From an uncultured Acidobacteriota bacterium (lineage in GTDB: Bacteria; Acidobacteriota; Vicinamibacteria; Vicinamibacterales; CAVVIG01), in NCBI GenBank assembly GCA_963757655.1, contig CAVWSQ010000001.1:1520961-1584960 (forward strand): DNA of 64,000 nucleotides, read 5' to 3'. This document shows positions 19,732-30,137 of this stretch, piece by piece. The notes below the pieces were generated by a model. It had not been told where the DNA came from, did no database searches, and worked only from the letters and a program-made list of their open reading frames with translations. Each line of letters opens with the position of its first letter. Position 1 is the stretch's first letter. The translations under genes were made by a program, and so were the position numbers.

Positions 19732-20748
19732 CTATTCCGAGACCCTGACGAGTGGAATCCCCAGCTGTCGAGCCTTCCGATACAGATTTGGGCGCTGAAT
19801 ACCGAGTGCCTGGGCAGCGGGCGCCATCCGCCACTCATGGTGCTGCAGCACCGATGCGATGTAGTCGCGTTCGAAACGCTGACGTGCTTCCTTGAGAGTG
19901 CCCGACGGCACGAATGGGGCGTGCACACGATGGAGTTGCAGTACGGGCAGAATCTGTTCGATCTGCACCACCTCTTCGACCCCCTCGGCGACCACGCGCT
20001 CGACCGCGGTGCGCAATTCCGCCAGATTGCCAGGCCAGGTGAGCGCGCCGAACAGCGCGAGCGCCGCCTGCGTGAACGTCCTCGGCGGACGCGCGATCGC
20101 CGCGCACGCTTCTTCCATCAACCGCACCGCGAGCGCCGGGACGTCGCCAGGCCGATCACGCAGCGGCGGCAGGTCGATGCGGACCGCCGACAACCGGCGA
20201 TAGAGGTCGCCGCGAAAGCGGTGCGCGTGCACGTCGGCGTCGATGCCCGGCTGCGCGCTGGCGATCAAGCGCACCGCCGTGGCCATTGGCGCACCGCCGA
20301 TGCGGACCTCGCCGTCGCGGGCGATGCGCGCCAGCTGCGCCTGCGCCGATGCGCGCAATTCGGTGACACCGCGCAGATACAACGTCCCGCCGCGCGCCGT
20401 GGCCACCCCGCTGTTGGCGGCAACCGACTCGAGGTCGGTCGCTGCGCCAAGCGCCGGTTGACCGAACAACAGCCGGTCGACGCTGGCCGAGTCGCCGGCA
20501 TCGCAGTGAACAGTCACGAACGGCGCGGCAGCGGATTGGCCACGTTGATGGAGCTCGCGCGCGACGCTTTCGACGTCGGCGCCCACTTCCGCGGTGATGA
20601 GCGAGCCGCCGTCGACCAACGCCGCGCGTCGAACCAGCTCCTGAACACGCATGATTGCCGGAGAACGGCCAAAGAGCTCGATGGCCCCCTGGTCGGGTCG
20701 GACAAAGCGGGCTGGTCCAGCATCTGCCAGCATAAGAGGATCTGCCAT
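19732..20748 (-). CDS. Sigma-54-activator (bEBP)-like transcription regulator with degenerate AAA+ motifs and intact C-terminal HTH
   Basis: ORF 19732..20835 trimmed to Met30. It aligns by eye with the canonical bEBP at 60257-61678. Walker A LITGESGTGKE becomes LITAEVGADVE, GAFTGA becomes ALGAATD, and Walker B LFLDEIG becomes LYLRGVT. WPGNLAELR and the Fis-type HTH (MAPAAQALGIQRPNLYRKARQLGI) are retained. There is no receiver domain. Confidence 0.75.
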   Translation of the reverse strand: MADPLMLADAGPARFVRPDQGAIELFGRSPAIMRVQELVRRAALVDGGSLITAEVGADVESVARELHQRGQSAAAPFVTVHCDAGDSASVDRLLFGQPALGAATDLESVAANSGVATARGGTLYLRGVTELRASAQAQLARIARDGEVRIGGAPMATAVRLIASAQPGIDADVHAHRFRGDLYRRLSAVRIDLPPLRDRPGDVPALAVRLMEEACAAIARPPRTFTQAALALFGALTWPGNLAELRTAVERVVAEGVEEVVQIEQILPVLQLHRVHAPFVPSGTLKEARQRFERDYIASVLQHHEWRMAPAAQALGIQRPNLYRKARQLGIPLVRVSE

Positions 20749-21069
20749 GTGGTGAACTCTTGATTTGAGTCTGTGGTACAGCTTCGCCCCGTCAATTACA
20801 GAAACTGACGAGGCTGCCGAAATGGGCCATGCCAACTGACGACAATTAATGACTCAATATGACACTAACGACATATCGTGTCAACTGCGATACGGCAGCC
20901 GAGCACGACAGATACAGCCGGATCCTCTGCAGCGGCGGTATTTTGTCGTAAGCGTTGTTGTTACAGGTCTTTATGCGAGACGGGTCGTAGAACCCATCAT
21001 GTGATGTATCGGCGGGCCGCGTTGTATCTATATGGAGTGGAGGATGTATCTCGACGGAAACTTGCGCTC
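20749..21069 (-). promoter_or_regulatory. AT-rich control region upstream of the glycan operon
   Basis: 320-bp non-coding stretch visibly poorer in G+C than its flanks. It contains the inverted repeat TGACAC-N12-GTGTCA (20860-20883). (A)TGTATC occurs at 21004, 21023 and 21044, and the opposite orientation GATAC(A) at 20889 and 20911. No promoter hexamers could be assigned with confidence. Confidence 0.45.
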
Positions 21070-21537
21070 CTAGTCGTGCCTTGGCGACTCCGGGGTGATC
21101 GGACCGGAGGCGGCCGATCGCGGCGGTGCGGGAACGTAGACGTCGCCGGGATGATCGAACAGGCTGTTGATGAAGAACGCCAGCCCCATGATGACGAAGA
21201 AGCCGCCGACGCCGATGCCCTCGTTCATGCTGCCGCCGGCGACACCAATCAGCATGACCAGGCCGAAGCCAACGCCCATCAGCGTGACGCCGGCTCGGCG
21301 GTGGCGCCCGGGTGCGCGGTGGCGCAGCCGCTCGTAGCTCTGCATCGCCCGATCGAAGCCGCGCGGATCCACTTCGGGAGGCGGCACCAGCCCTCGCTCG
21401 ATCATCGCAATGCGTTCACGGACTTCGAGCTCACGGACACGCGCCTTGCTCAGCGTGAGCACGATGATGTAGGCGAAGGTGCAGATCGTTCCGACGATCG
21501 GGATGAGAAAAGGCCACGCCATTTGCAGGTCGTCCAT
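21070..21537 (-). CDS. Small integral membrane protein (DUF6249-like, IAMIERG motif), divergent from the ECF sigma gene
   Basis: ORF 21070..21621 trimmed to Met29, which is preceded by GGAGG. MDDLQMAWPFLIPIVGTICTFAYIIVLTLSKARVRELEVRERIAMIERGL, followed by two more hydrophobic helices. The family assignment is from memory only. Confidence 0.65.
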   Translation of the reverse strand: MDDLQMAWPFLIPIVGTICTFAYIIVLTLSKARVRELEVRERIAMIERGLVPPPEVDPRGFDRAMQSYERLRHRAPGRHRRAGVTLMGVGFGLVMLIGVAGGSMNEGIGVGGFFVIMGLAFFINSLFDHPGDVYVPAPPRSAASGPITPESPRHD

Positions 21538-21585
21538 TCCACCTCCAGGACACGCGCTCGAACCAGTTAGACTGGAACAGTTCGT

Positions 21586-21618
21586 GAATTGTTTCAGCCC
21601 GGCTACCTGAAACAATTC
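21586..21618. repeat. Perfect 12-bp inverted repeat GAATTGTTTCAG-N9-CTGAAACAATTC in the divergent promoter region
   Basis: Read directly and cross-checked against the ORF 21070..21621 translation (MELFQVAGLKQF). Confidence 0.8.
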
Positions 21619-21648
21619 CATCGTGCGCGTGCTCTAATACGATAACGG

Positions 21649-22194
21649 ATGGAAGATGTCCACGAGCGCGAGCTCGTCGAGCGCTGCCGTTCCGGAGATG
21701 AGCACGCGTTTCAGGAACTGGTCGATCGCTACAAAGATCAGGTGTTTGCGATGATCGCGCGGACGGTTCAAGATCGATCGCGCGCCGAGGACCTGGCGCA
21801 GGACGTTTTCCTGCGCATCCACCGCGGGCTCCCCTATTTTCGCGGCGAGGCTCGTCTCGCCACCTGGATCTATCGCATCGTCGCCAACGTCTGTCTGCAG
21901 GACCACGGTCGGTCTGCGGCGACGGTGTCGCTCGACGATGAGCGGACAGCGGCCACGGTGATGCCGTCGGGGCCCGATCGGCAGTTCGGCGATCTCGAGT
22001 TGCGCGATCGTCTCGAGAAAGCGATCGCCCGACTGCCGGCGAACTACCGCCTGCTCATCGCCGCGCACTATCTGAACGGCGTGCGGTACGAGGGGCTGGC
22101 CGAAGCGCTGCAGCTGCCGCTGGGCACGGTGAAGACGCAGTTGTATCGGGCGAAGCGGCAGCTGCGGCGAATGCTCGAAACCGATCTCAAGTGA
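21649..22194 (+). CDS. ECF-type RNA polymerase sigma factor (sigma-70 family, group 4)
   Basis: 181 aa. ELVERCRSGDEHAFQELVDRYKDQVFAMIARTV...AEDLAQDVFLRIHRGL (region 2) and ...LPANYRLLIAAHYLNGVRYEGLAEALQLPLGTVKTQLYRAKRQLR (region 4). Confidence 0.9.
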   Translation: MEDVHERELVERCRSGDEHAFQELVDRYKDQVFAMIARTVQDRSRAEDLAQDVFLRIHRGLPYFRGEARLATWIYRIVANVCLQDHGRSAATVSLDDERTAATVMPSGPDRQFGDLELRDRLEKAIARLPANYRLLIAAHYLNGVRYEGLAEALQLPLGTVKTQLYRAKRQLRRMLETDLK

Positions 22195-22215
22195 ACCGTC
22201 GGCAGCGCACTACTT

Positions 22216-22695
22216 ATGTTTTGCGACGAAGCGCTCGACACCGTTGAACCGATCGCCGCCGGAGACCTCATACCGGACGGCCGCGTCGCCGCGCACCTGG
22301 CCAGCTGCCCGAACTGCGCCCTCGCGCTGACCCGCGCCCGTCAGCTCGAGGCGTCGCTGCGCCAGCGTGCGGTTCCAGTTGCGCCGGCGCAATTCACATC
22401 GCGGACCCTGGCCCGGATCCGCCGCGCCCGGTGGCGCAGCGATCAGTTCCTCGACGTCGGCTTCAATCTGGCGATCGGTTTGATCGTATTTGCCGTGGTG
22501 GGCGGCGTGTGGATGCTGTTGCACCGGACCGGTCTGGCCGCGGTCAGCGGCGATGCGGTCAACCTCTTTGGCAGCGGTTTCGTCTCGCTCGCCAAGCGCG
22601 TGGCGCCGGCGCTGCCGCTCTACGCTGGCGCGGCCGCGCTGCTCGTCAGCGCGCTCGGCATCTGGTGGTGGGCGGAACGGGACGCCGCGCTATGA
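22216..22695 (+). CDS. Anti-sigma factor (zf-HC2 type), membrane-anchored
   Basis: Lies immediately downstream of the ECF sigma gene. HLASCPNCALAL zinc-finger motif (H-x3-C-x2-C) plus hydrophobic helices (FNLAIGLIVFAVVGGVWMLL; LPLYAGAAALLVSALGIWWW). Confidence 0.8.
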   Translation: MFCDEALDTVEPIAAGDLIPDGRVAAHLASCPNCALALTRARQLEASLRQRAVPVAPAQFTSRTLARIRRARWRSDQFLDVGFNLAIGLIVFAVVGGVWMLLHRTGLAAVSGDAVNLFGSGFVSLAKRVAPALPLYAGAAALLVSALGIWWWAERDAAL

Positions 22696-23012
22696 GCACT
22701 ATGAAGGGCAGCTAACGGCAGCTTCTTCCGCACCTGCGTCGCTTCTATCCGGCGGCGTTCAACCGTTACATCGAGCCGTTCTTCGCCAGCGGCGCGGTGT
22801 TCTTCGATCTCCATGGCGTCGGGCAGCTCGGCGATCGCGACATGCTGCTGATCGATTCGAACCCCGATGTGATCGGCTGCTATCAGACGGTTCGCGCCCG
22901 GCCCGACGAACACAGTGCCGAAGCGCGCTCGGCCGGGCTGCGCGCGATCCGCGCGCCGGCGCGGCGCGCCACCAACCGCAAACCGGTGCGGCGCGGCGTG
23001 GTCGACGAGTAG
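22692..23012 (+). pseudogene. Remnant of a Dam-like (D12 class) N6-adenine DNA methyltransferase
   Basis: The frame reads MSTMKGS-TAA(22713)-RQLLPHLRRFYPAAFNRYIEPFFASGAVFFDLHGV...LLIDSNPDVIGCYQTVRARPDE. This matches the Dam N-terminus (K/RQLLP...YxEPFxGGGAVFF...DxNxxLIxxY). There is an in-frame stop at codon 8. After about 75 aa the family similarity ends and no DPPY motif is found in any frame before the tRNA. Confidence 0.6.
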
Positions 23013-23159
23013 CTCATCTCGAACATCGCATCTGCCACCGGCGCGCTGTGACCTCATGCCGGTGATTCGAAATCGCCGGACACGGCAGTTGACGCATTGA
23101 CGCCCGACTCCGCCGCAACCCGGAAGCGGCGCCGTGCTACTCTCACACTCTGCACGGAT

Positions 23160-23245
23160 GCGAAAGTGGCGGAATTGGCAGACGCGCCGGACTTAGGATC
23201 CGGTGGTTAACAGCCATGCGGGTTCGACTCCCGCCTTTCGCACCA
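23160..23245 (+). tRNA. tRNA-Leu, anticodon UAG, CCA encoded
   Basis: Folded by hand. Acceptor GCGAAAG/CTTTCGC; anticodon stem CCGGA/TCCGG with loop CTTAGGA (anticodon TAG); long variable arm; T arm GCGGG-TTCGACT-CCCGC; discriminator A plus CCA. Confidence 0.95.
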
Positions 23246-23564
23246 CTGCCCCGTCAGTCCCTGGCACGCAGGTCCGAAGCGAGCACGGCACGAAGGAATT
23301 GGCAGAGCGGGTTCCGGCCCGCTGTCGTCGTCGATCGCGGCACCAACCGCGGGCAATGGTTGGCATTGCATCCTCGGTGTTCGCCGACGGGGAATGCGCC
23401 ATCTGATTGAAGCCGAGCGCGAATGCTGGCCGTCTCTCGAGGACGCGGCCGCCCGACGAGGACGAACGCAGGTGGCCGCCCGGTGGAGCGTTGTCAAGCG
23501 CACACCCGGAATGCTAGGCTGGTTCATCCCCTCTCTCTACTGCTCATAGGTCAGGCTAACTCGC

Positions 23565-24839
23565 ATGAAATTCGATGTCGTCGACGTCAACGCGACGCGC
23601 AAGAACGTGCGCGTCGAGATTCCCACTGATGTAGTCAACGCCGAGATCGAACGCATCGCGCGCGACTATTCGCGCAAGGCGCGCGTTCCCGGCTTCCGCC
23701 CGGGCAAGACGCCACCGCGAGTCATCAAGCAGCGCTTCAAGGATCAAATCCTCCACGATGTCGCCCACGATCTGATTCCGCGCGCCGTCGACGATGCGCT
23801 GCGCGAGCAGGGACTGGAAGCGGTCGACACACCCGATGTGCGCGAAGTCACGATCGAAGAGGGGCAACCACTCACGTTCACCGCGTCGTTCGACACCGTG
23901 CCGGAATTCGATCCGGGCGACCTCGCCACCATCACCTTCACCCGCGCGTCGGCGGCGATCAACGACGAAGCGCTCGAGCTCGCGCTGCAACGCCTCCGCG
24001 ATCGCAGCGCGCGCAACGAGCCGGTGGAAGGGCGCGGCGTCGCGCCTGGCGATACCGTCACGCTCGATCTCGAGCGCCGGGACGCCGGCGGCCCGCCCGA
24101 CACCCACAAGGACGTCAACATCGAGCTGGGCGCCAAGGCGAACCCTCCCGGCTTCGACGACCAGCTGCTCGGCCTCGAGGCCGGTACGCAGAAGGCTTTC
24201 ACCCTGCACTATCCGGCCGACTACCCGATTGGGGAGCTCGCCAACGCCGACGTCTCGTATACAGTGGCGGTGAAGGCGATCAAGCGGCGGGTGCTTCCCG
24301 AGCTCGACGACGAGTTCGCGAAGGATCTCGGCGTCGACTCGCTCGATGCCCTCAAGAGCCGGGTCCGCGAAGACCTCGAGCACGAAGCCAGGCACGCGGC
24401 GGAGCGCGAGGACCGATCCGAGCTCATGAAGCAACTGGCGACGCGCGTGCCGTTCGAAGTGCCAGCCTCGATGATCGACCGGGAAGTCGATCGTCGGGTC
24501 GAGGATTTTGCCCGCCGGTTGATCGATCAGAACGTCGATCCGCGTGAGGCCGGAATCGATTGGAAAGCGTTTCGCGAGAGCCAGCTCGGGGTCTCCCGCG
24601 AGGCGGTCGCGGCGGCGCTGGTGCTCGACGAAGTGACGCGGCGGGAGACGCTGGACGTCGGCGATGCCGAGGTCGAGGCCGAAGTGGTCAAGTATGCCGA
24701 GCGCAGCGGCCGCACGCCGCAGGCCGTGCGCGCGGCGCTCGAGAAGGAAGGCGGCTTGTCCCGTATTTACGCGGGGTTACGGCGAGAGAAGGCAATTGAC
24801 TTCGTCATGTCGCATGCTACAATCACGAGGAACTCGTAA
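23565..24839 (+). CDS. tig: Trigger factor
   Basis: 424 aa. [58 protein letters not shown]. Conserved tig-clpP-clpX order. Confidence 0.95.
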   Translation: MKFDVVDVNATRKNVRVEIPTDVVNAEIERIARDYSRKARVPGFRPGKTPPRVIKQRFKDQILHDVAHDLIPRAVDDALREQGLEAVDTPDVREVTIEEGQPLTFTASFDTVPEFDPGDLATITFTRASAAINDEALELALQRLRDRSARNEPVEGRGVAPGDTVTLDLERRDAGGPPDTHKDVNIELGAKANPPGFDDQLLGLEAGTQKAFTLHYPADYPIGELANADVSYTVAVKAIKRRVLPELDDEFAKDLGVDSLDALKSRVREDLEHEARHAAEREDRSELMKQLATRVPFEVPASMIDREVDRRVEDFARRLIDQNVDPREAGIDWKAFRESQLGVSREAVAAALVLDEVTRRETLDVGDAEVEAEVVKYAERSGRTPQAVRAALEKEGGLSRIYAGLRREKAIDFVMSHATITRNS

Positions 24840-24888
24840 GGCGCCCCACTCACGAATCCCTCGACCAATCAGCAGCCCGTATCTCCAT

Positions 24889-25500
24889 ATGCAATATCCG
24901 TTTGATGCCCAGAATCAGCTGGTCCCGATGGTCGTCGAGCAGACCAATCGCGGCGAGCGCGCGTACGACATCTTTTCTCGTCTTCTCAAGGACAGCATCA
25001 TCTTCATCGGCACGCCGATTGACGATCAGATAGCGAACCTGGCCATCGCCCAGATGCTGTTCCTCGAAGCCGAAGACCCCGACAAGGACATCCAGCTGTA
25101 TATCAACAGCCCGGGCGGATCGATTACTGCAGGGTTGGCCATCTACGACACGATGCAGTTCATCAAGCCCGACGTCCAGACCATCTGTATTGGCCAGGCG
25201 GCCTCGATGGCGGCCGTGCTGCTGGCAGCCGGCGCCAAAGGAAAGCGCTTTTCTCTGCCGAATTCGCGAATTGTGATCCACCAACCATTGATGTCTGGTT
25301 TGGGGGGCCAAGCGACCGATATTGATATTGCGGCGCGCGAAATCCTGCGGATGCGGGAGCGGCTCAACGACATCCTGGTCCATCACACGGGTCAGAGCGT
25401 CAAGCGCATTCAGGACGACACCGAGCGTGACTACATCATGTCGGCAGACCAGGGTAAGGAATACGGTATCATTGACGATGTCATCCGCAAGAGGGCCTAG
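24889..25500 (+). CDS. clpP: ATP-dependent Clp protease proteolytic subunit
   Basis: ORF 24664..25500 trimmed to Met76: [41 protein letters not shown]...[42 protein letters not shown]...IHQP. Closely parallels E. coli ClpP. Confidence 0.95.
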   Translation: MQYPFDAQNQLVPMVVEQTNRGERAYDIFSRLLKDSIIFIGTPIDDQIANLAIAQMLFLEAEDPDKDIQLYINSPGGSITAGLAIYDTMQFIKPDVQTICIGQAASMAAVLLAAGAKGKRFSLPNSRIVIHQPLMSGLGGQATDIDIAAREILRMRERLNDILVHHTGQSVKRIQDDTERDYIMSADQGKEYGIIDDVIRKRA

Positions 25501-25527
25501 GTTGCTGGAGCTAATTGCTTCAAGGCG

Positions 25528-25559
25528 AAGGGCTAAGGGCTGAGGGCAAAGGGCTAAAG
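25528..25559. repeat. Heptamer array AAGGGCT AAGGGCT GAGGGCA AAGGGCT AAAG ending at the clpX ATG
   Basis: Read directly. The register is confirmed from the ORF 25515 translation ([15 protein letters not shown]). Confidence 0.85.
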
Positions 25560-26807
<1,248 letters not shown>

Positions 26808-26820
26808 GCGCGAGGAATTT

Positions 26821-26971
26821 CAGAGTGCAGATTTCAGAGTTCAGATTGCGGGTTTCAGATTGCAGATTGCAAAGGCTGCAATCCAATCTGAACTCCGAAC
26901 TCTGACATCAGAACTCTGAAAGAACTCTGACATCAGAACTCTGAAATCTGAACTCTGAAATCTGAAATCTC
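26821..26971. repeat. Heptamer-phased array forming a long imperfect palindrome in the clpX-lon spacer
   Basis: 22 consecutive 7-mers run from 26821 to the lon ATG. The left arm is CAGAGTG CAGATTT CAGAGTT CAGATTG CGGGTTT CAGATTG CAGATTG, the centre is TTGCAAAGGCTGCAA, and the right arm is CAATCTG AACTCCG AACTCTG and so on. An exact 25-bp tandem duplication lies at 26897-26921 and 26922-26946. Confidence 0.85.
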
Positions 26972-29371
<2,400 letters not shown>

Positions 29372-29462
29372 TGTTACGGGCACGACAGGCACGATAGGTA
29401 GGAACGGCGGAAGGGGAACGGCTTCCCGCCCGCCAACCCACCGGTCCCGCCCATCCAGCCCT

Positions 29463-30137
29463 GTGAAAATCGACGCGAGCTTTGTTCGAAGCGCTGCCAG
29501 CGCGAGCGATCTCCCCGGCGACGGCTCAGCGGAACTGGCCCTGGTCGGACGTTCGAACGTGGGCAAGTCGAGCCTGATCAACGCGCTGGTCCGCCAGCGC
29601 CTGGCGCGCACGAGCGCCGCCCCCGGCAAGACGCGGCTCGCCAACGTCTATCGAGTTGTGCGCGGCGGCGGCCCGCCGCTGCACCTGCTGGACCTGCCGG
29701 GTTACGGTTACGCGCGGGCGACCAGGGGATCGCGCGCCACCGGGAGTCCTGATACAGCCCGCCGCGCCAGCCGCGAGGAGTTCGAGGCGATCGTGCGCGC
29801 CGTGTTCGCGCGCGCCCCGGCCGCGCTCCTGCTGGTGGACGCGCGGCACCCGGGCCTCGAACGCGACGGGGCGGCCTGGGAATGGATCCGCACGATGGCC
29901 GGGCAATCGGCCGTAGTAGCGACCAAGATTGACAAGCTGGGACACGGCGAACGGATCCGCGCCCGGCGAACATTCGAATCCGTGTTGGCAACTTCCGTGC
30001 TGCCGGTCTCGGCGGTCACGGGCGAAGGACTGGACGAACTGTGGAAACTGATCGACCGACTACTGAACAACAACCACCCGCACAGCCGGCCGCCGCTCCC
30101 AAAAGCAACGGAGCCCCCCCGCCGCCGGAAAAACTAG
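29463..30137 (+). CDS. engB: Ribosome biogenesis GTP-binding protein YsxC/EngB
   Basis: 224 aa, GTG start. G1 motif [16 protein letters not shown]; [10 protein letters not shown]; ATKIDKL. The last 25 or so codons overlap the proposed rho start. Confidence 0.85.
   Translation: MKIDASFVRSAASASDLPGDGSAELALVGRSNVGKSSLINALVRQRLARTSAAPGKTRLANVYRVVRGGGPPLHLLDLPGYGYARATRGSRATGSPDTARRASREEFEAIVRAVFARAPAALLLVDARHPGLERDGAAWEWIRTMAGQSAVVATKIDKLGHGERIRARRTFESVLATSVLPVSAVTGEGLDELWKLIDRLLNNNHPHSRPPLPKATEPPRRRKN

Noticed and set aside
18613-20763. 716-aa plus-strand ORF spanning the asnB 5' end, the Wza-like gene and the regulator
   Set aside because: It is antisense to three well-supported minus-strand genes and crosses their boundaries. 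The composition (Arg-rich) indicates a high-GC artefact. Other long ORFs opposite called genes were rejected likewise (2689-4095, 7890-8822, 10377-11654, 35528-36853, 46689-47969).
20834-20853. Possible sigma-54 promoter (minus strand TTGGCATGGCCCATTTCGGC) upstream of the glycan operon
   Set aside because: The -24-like TGGCAT is present, but there is no GC dinucleotide at the required spacing. The -12 position reads TT, so it does not fit GG-N10-GC.
20878-21570. 230-aa plus-strand ORF starting in the AT-rich control region
   Set aside because: Its 3' two-thirds is antisense to the SD-supported membrane-protein gene. The 5' part lies in non-coding-looking AT-rich DNA. No recognisable motifs.
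23259-23275. TGGCAC motif just downstream of tRNA-Leu, and TGGTTGGCATTGCAT at about 23350
   Set aside because: The first lacks any TTGC -12 element. In the second, the GG-to-GC spacing is two nt too short. Neither qualifies as a sigma-54 promoter.
23246-23564. 319-bp gap between tRNA-Leu and tig as an integration scar or ncRNA gene
   Set aside because: No integrase, no direct repeat of the tRNA 3' end spotted by eye, and no signature of RNase P, tmRNA, SRP or 6S RNA. Only a possible hairpin (AGCGGG-TTCCGG-CCCGCT) and a weak promoter-like TTGTCA-N18-TAGGCT for tig. Left unannotated.
26821-26971. CRISPR-like appearance of the repetitive intergenic arrays (also 46342-46453 and 60168-60251)
   Set aside because: The units are 7 nt, contiguous and degenerate, with no 25-50-nt unique spacers. 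No cas genes are in the window. These are microsatellite-like arrays, not CRISPR.
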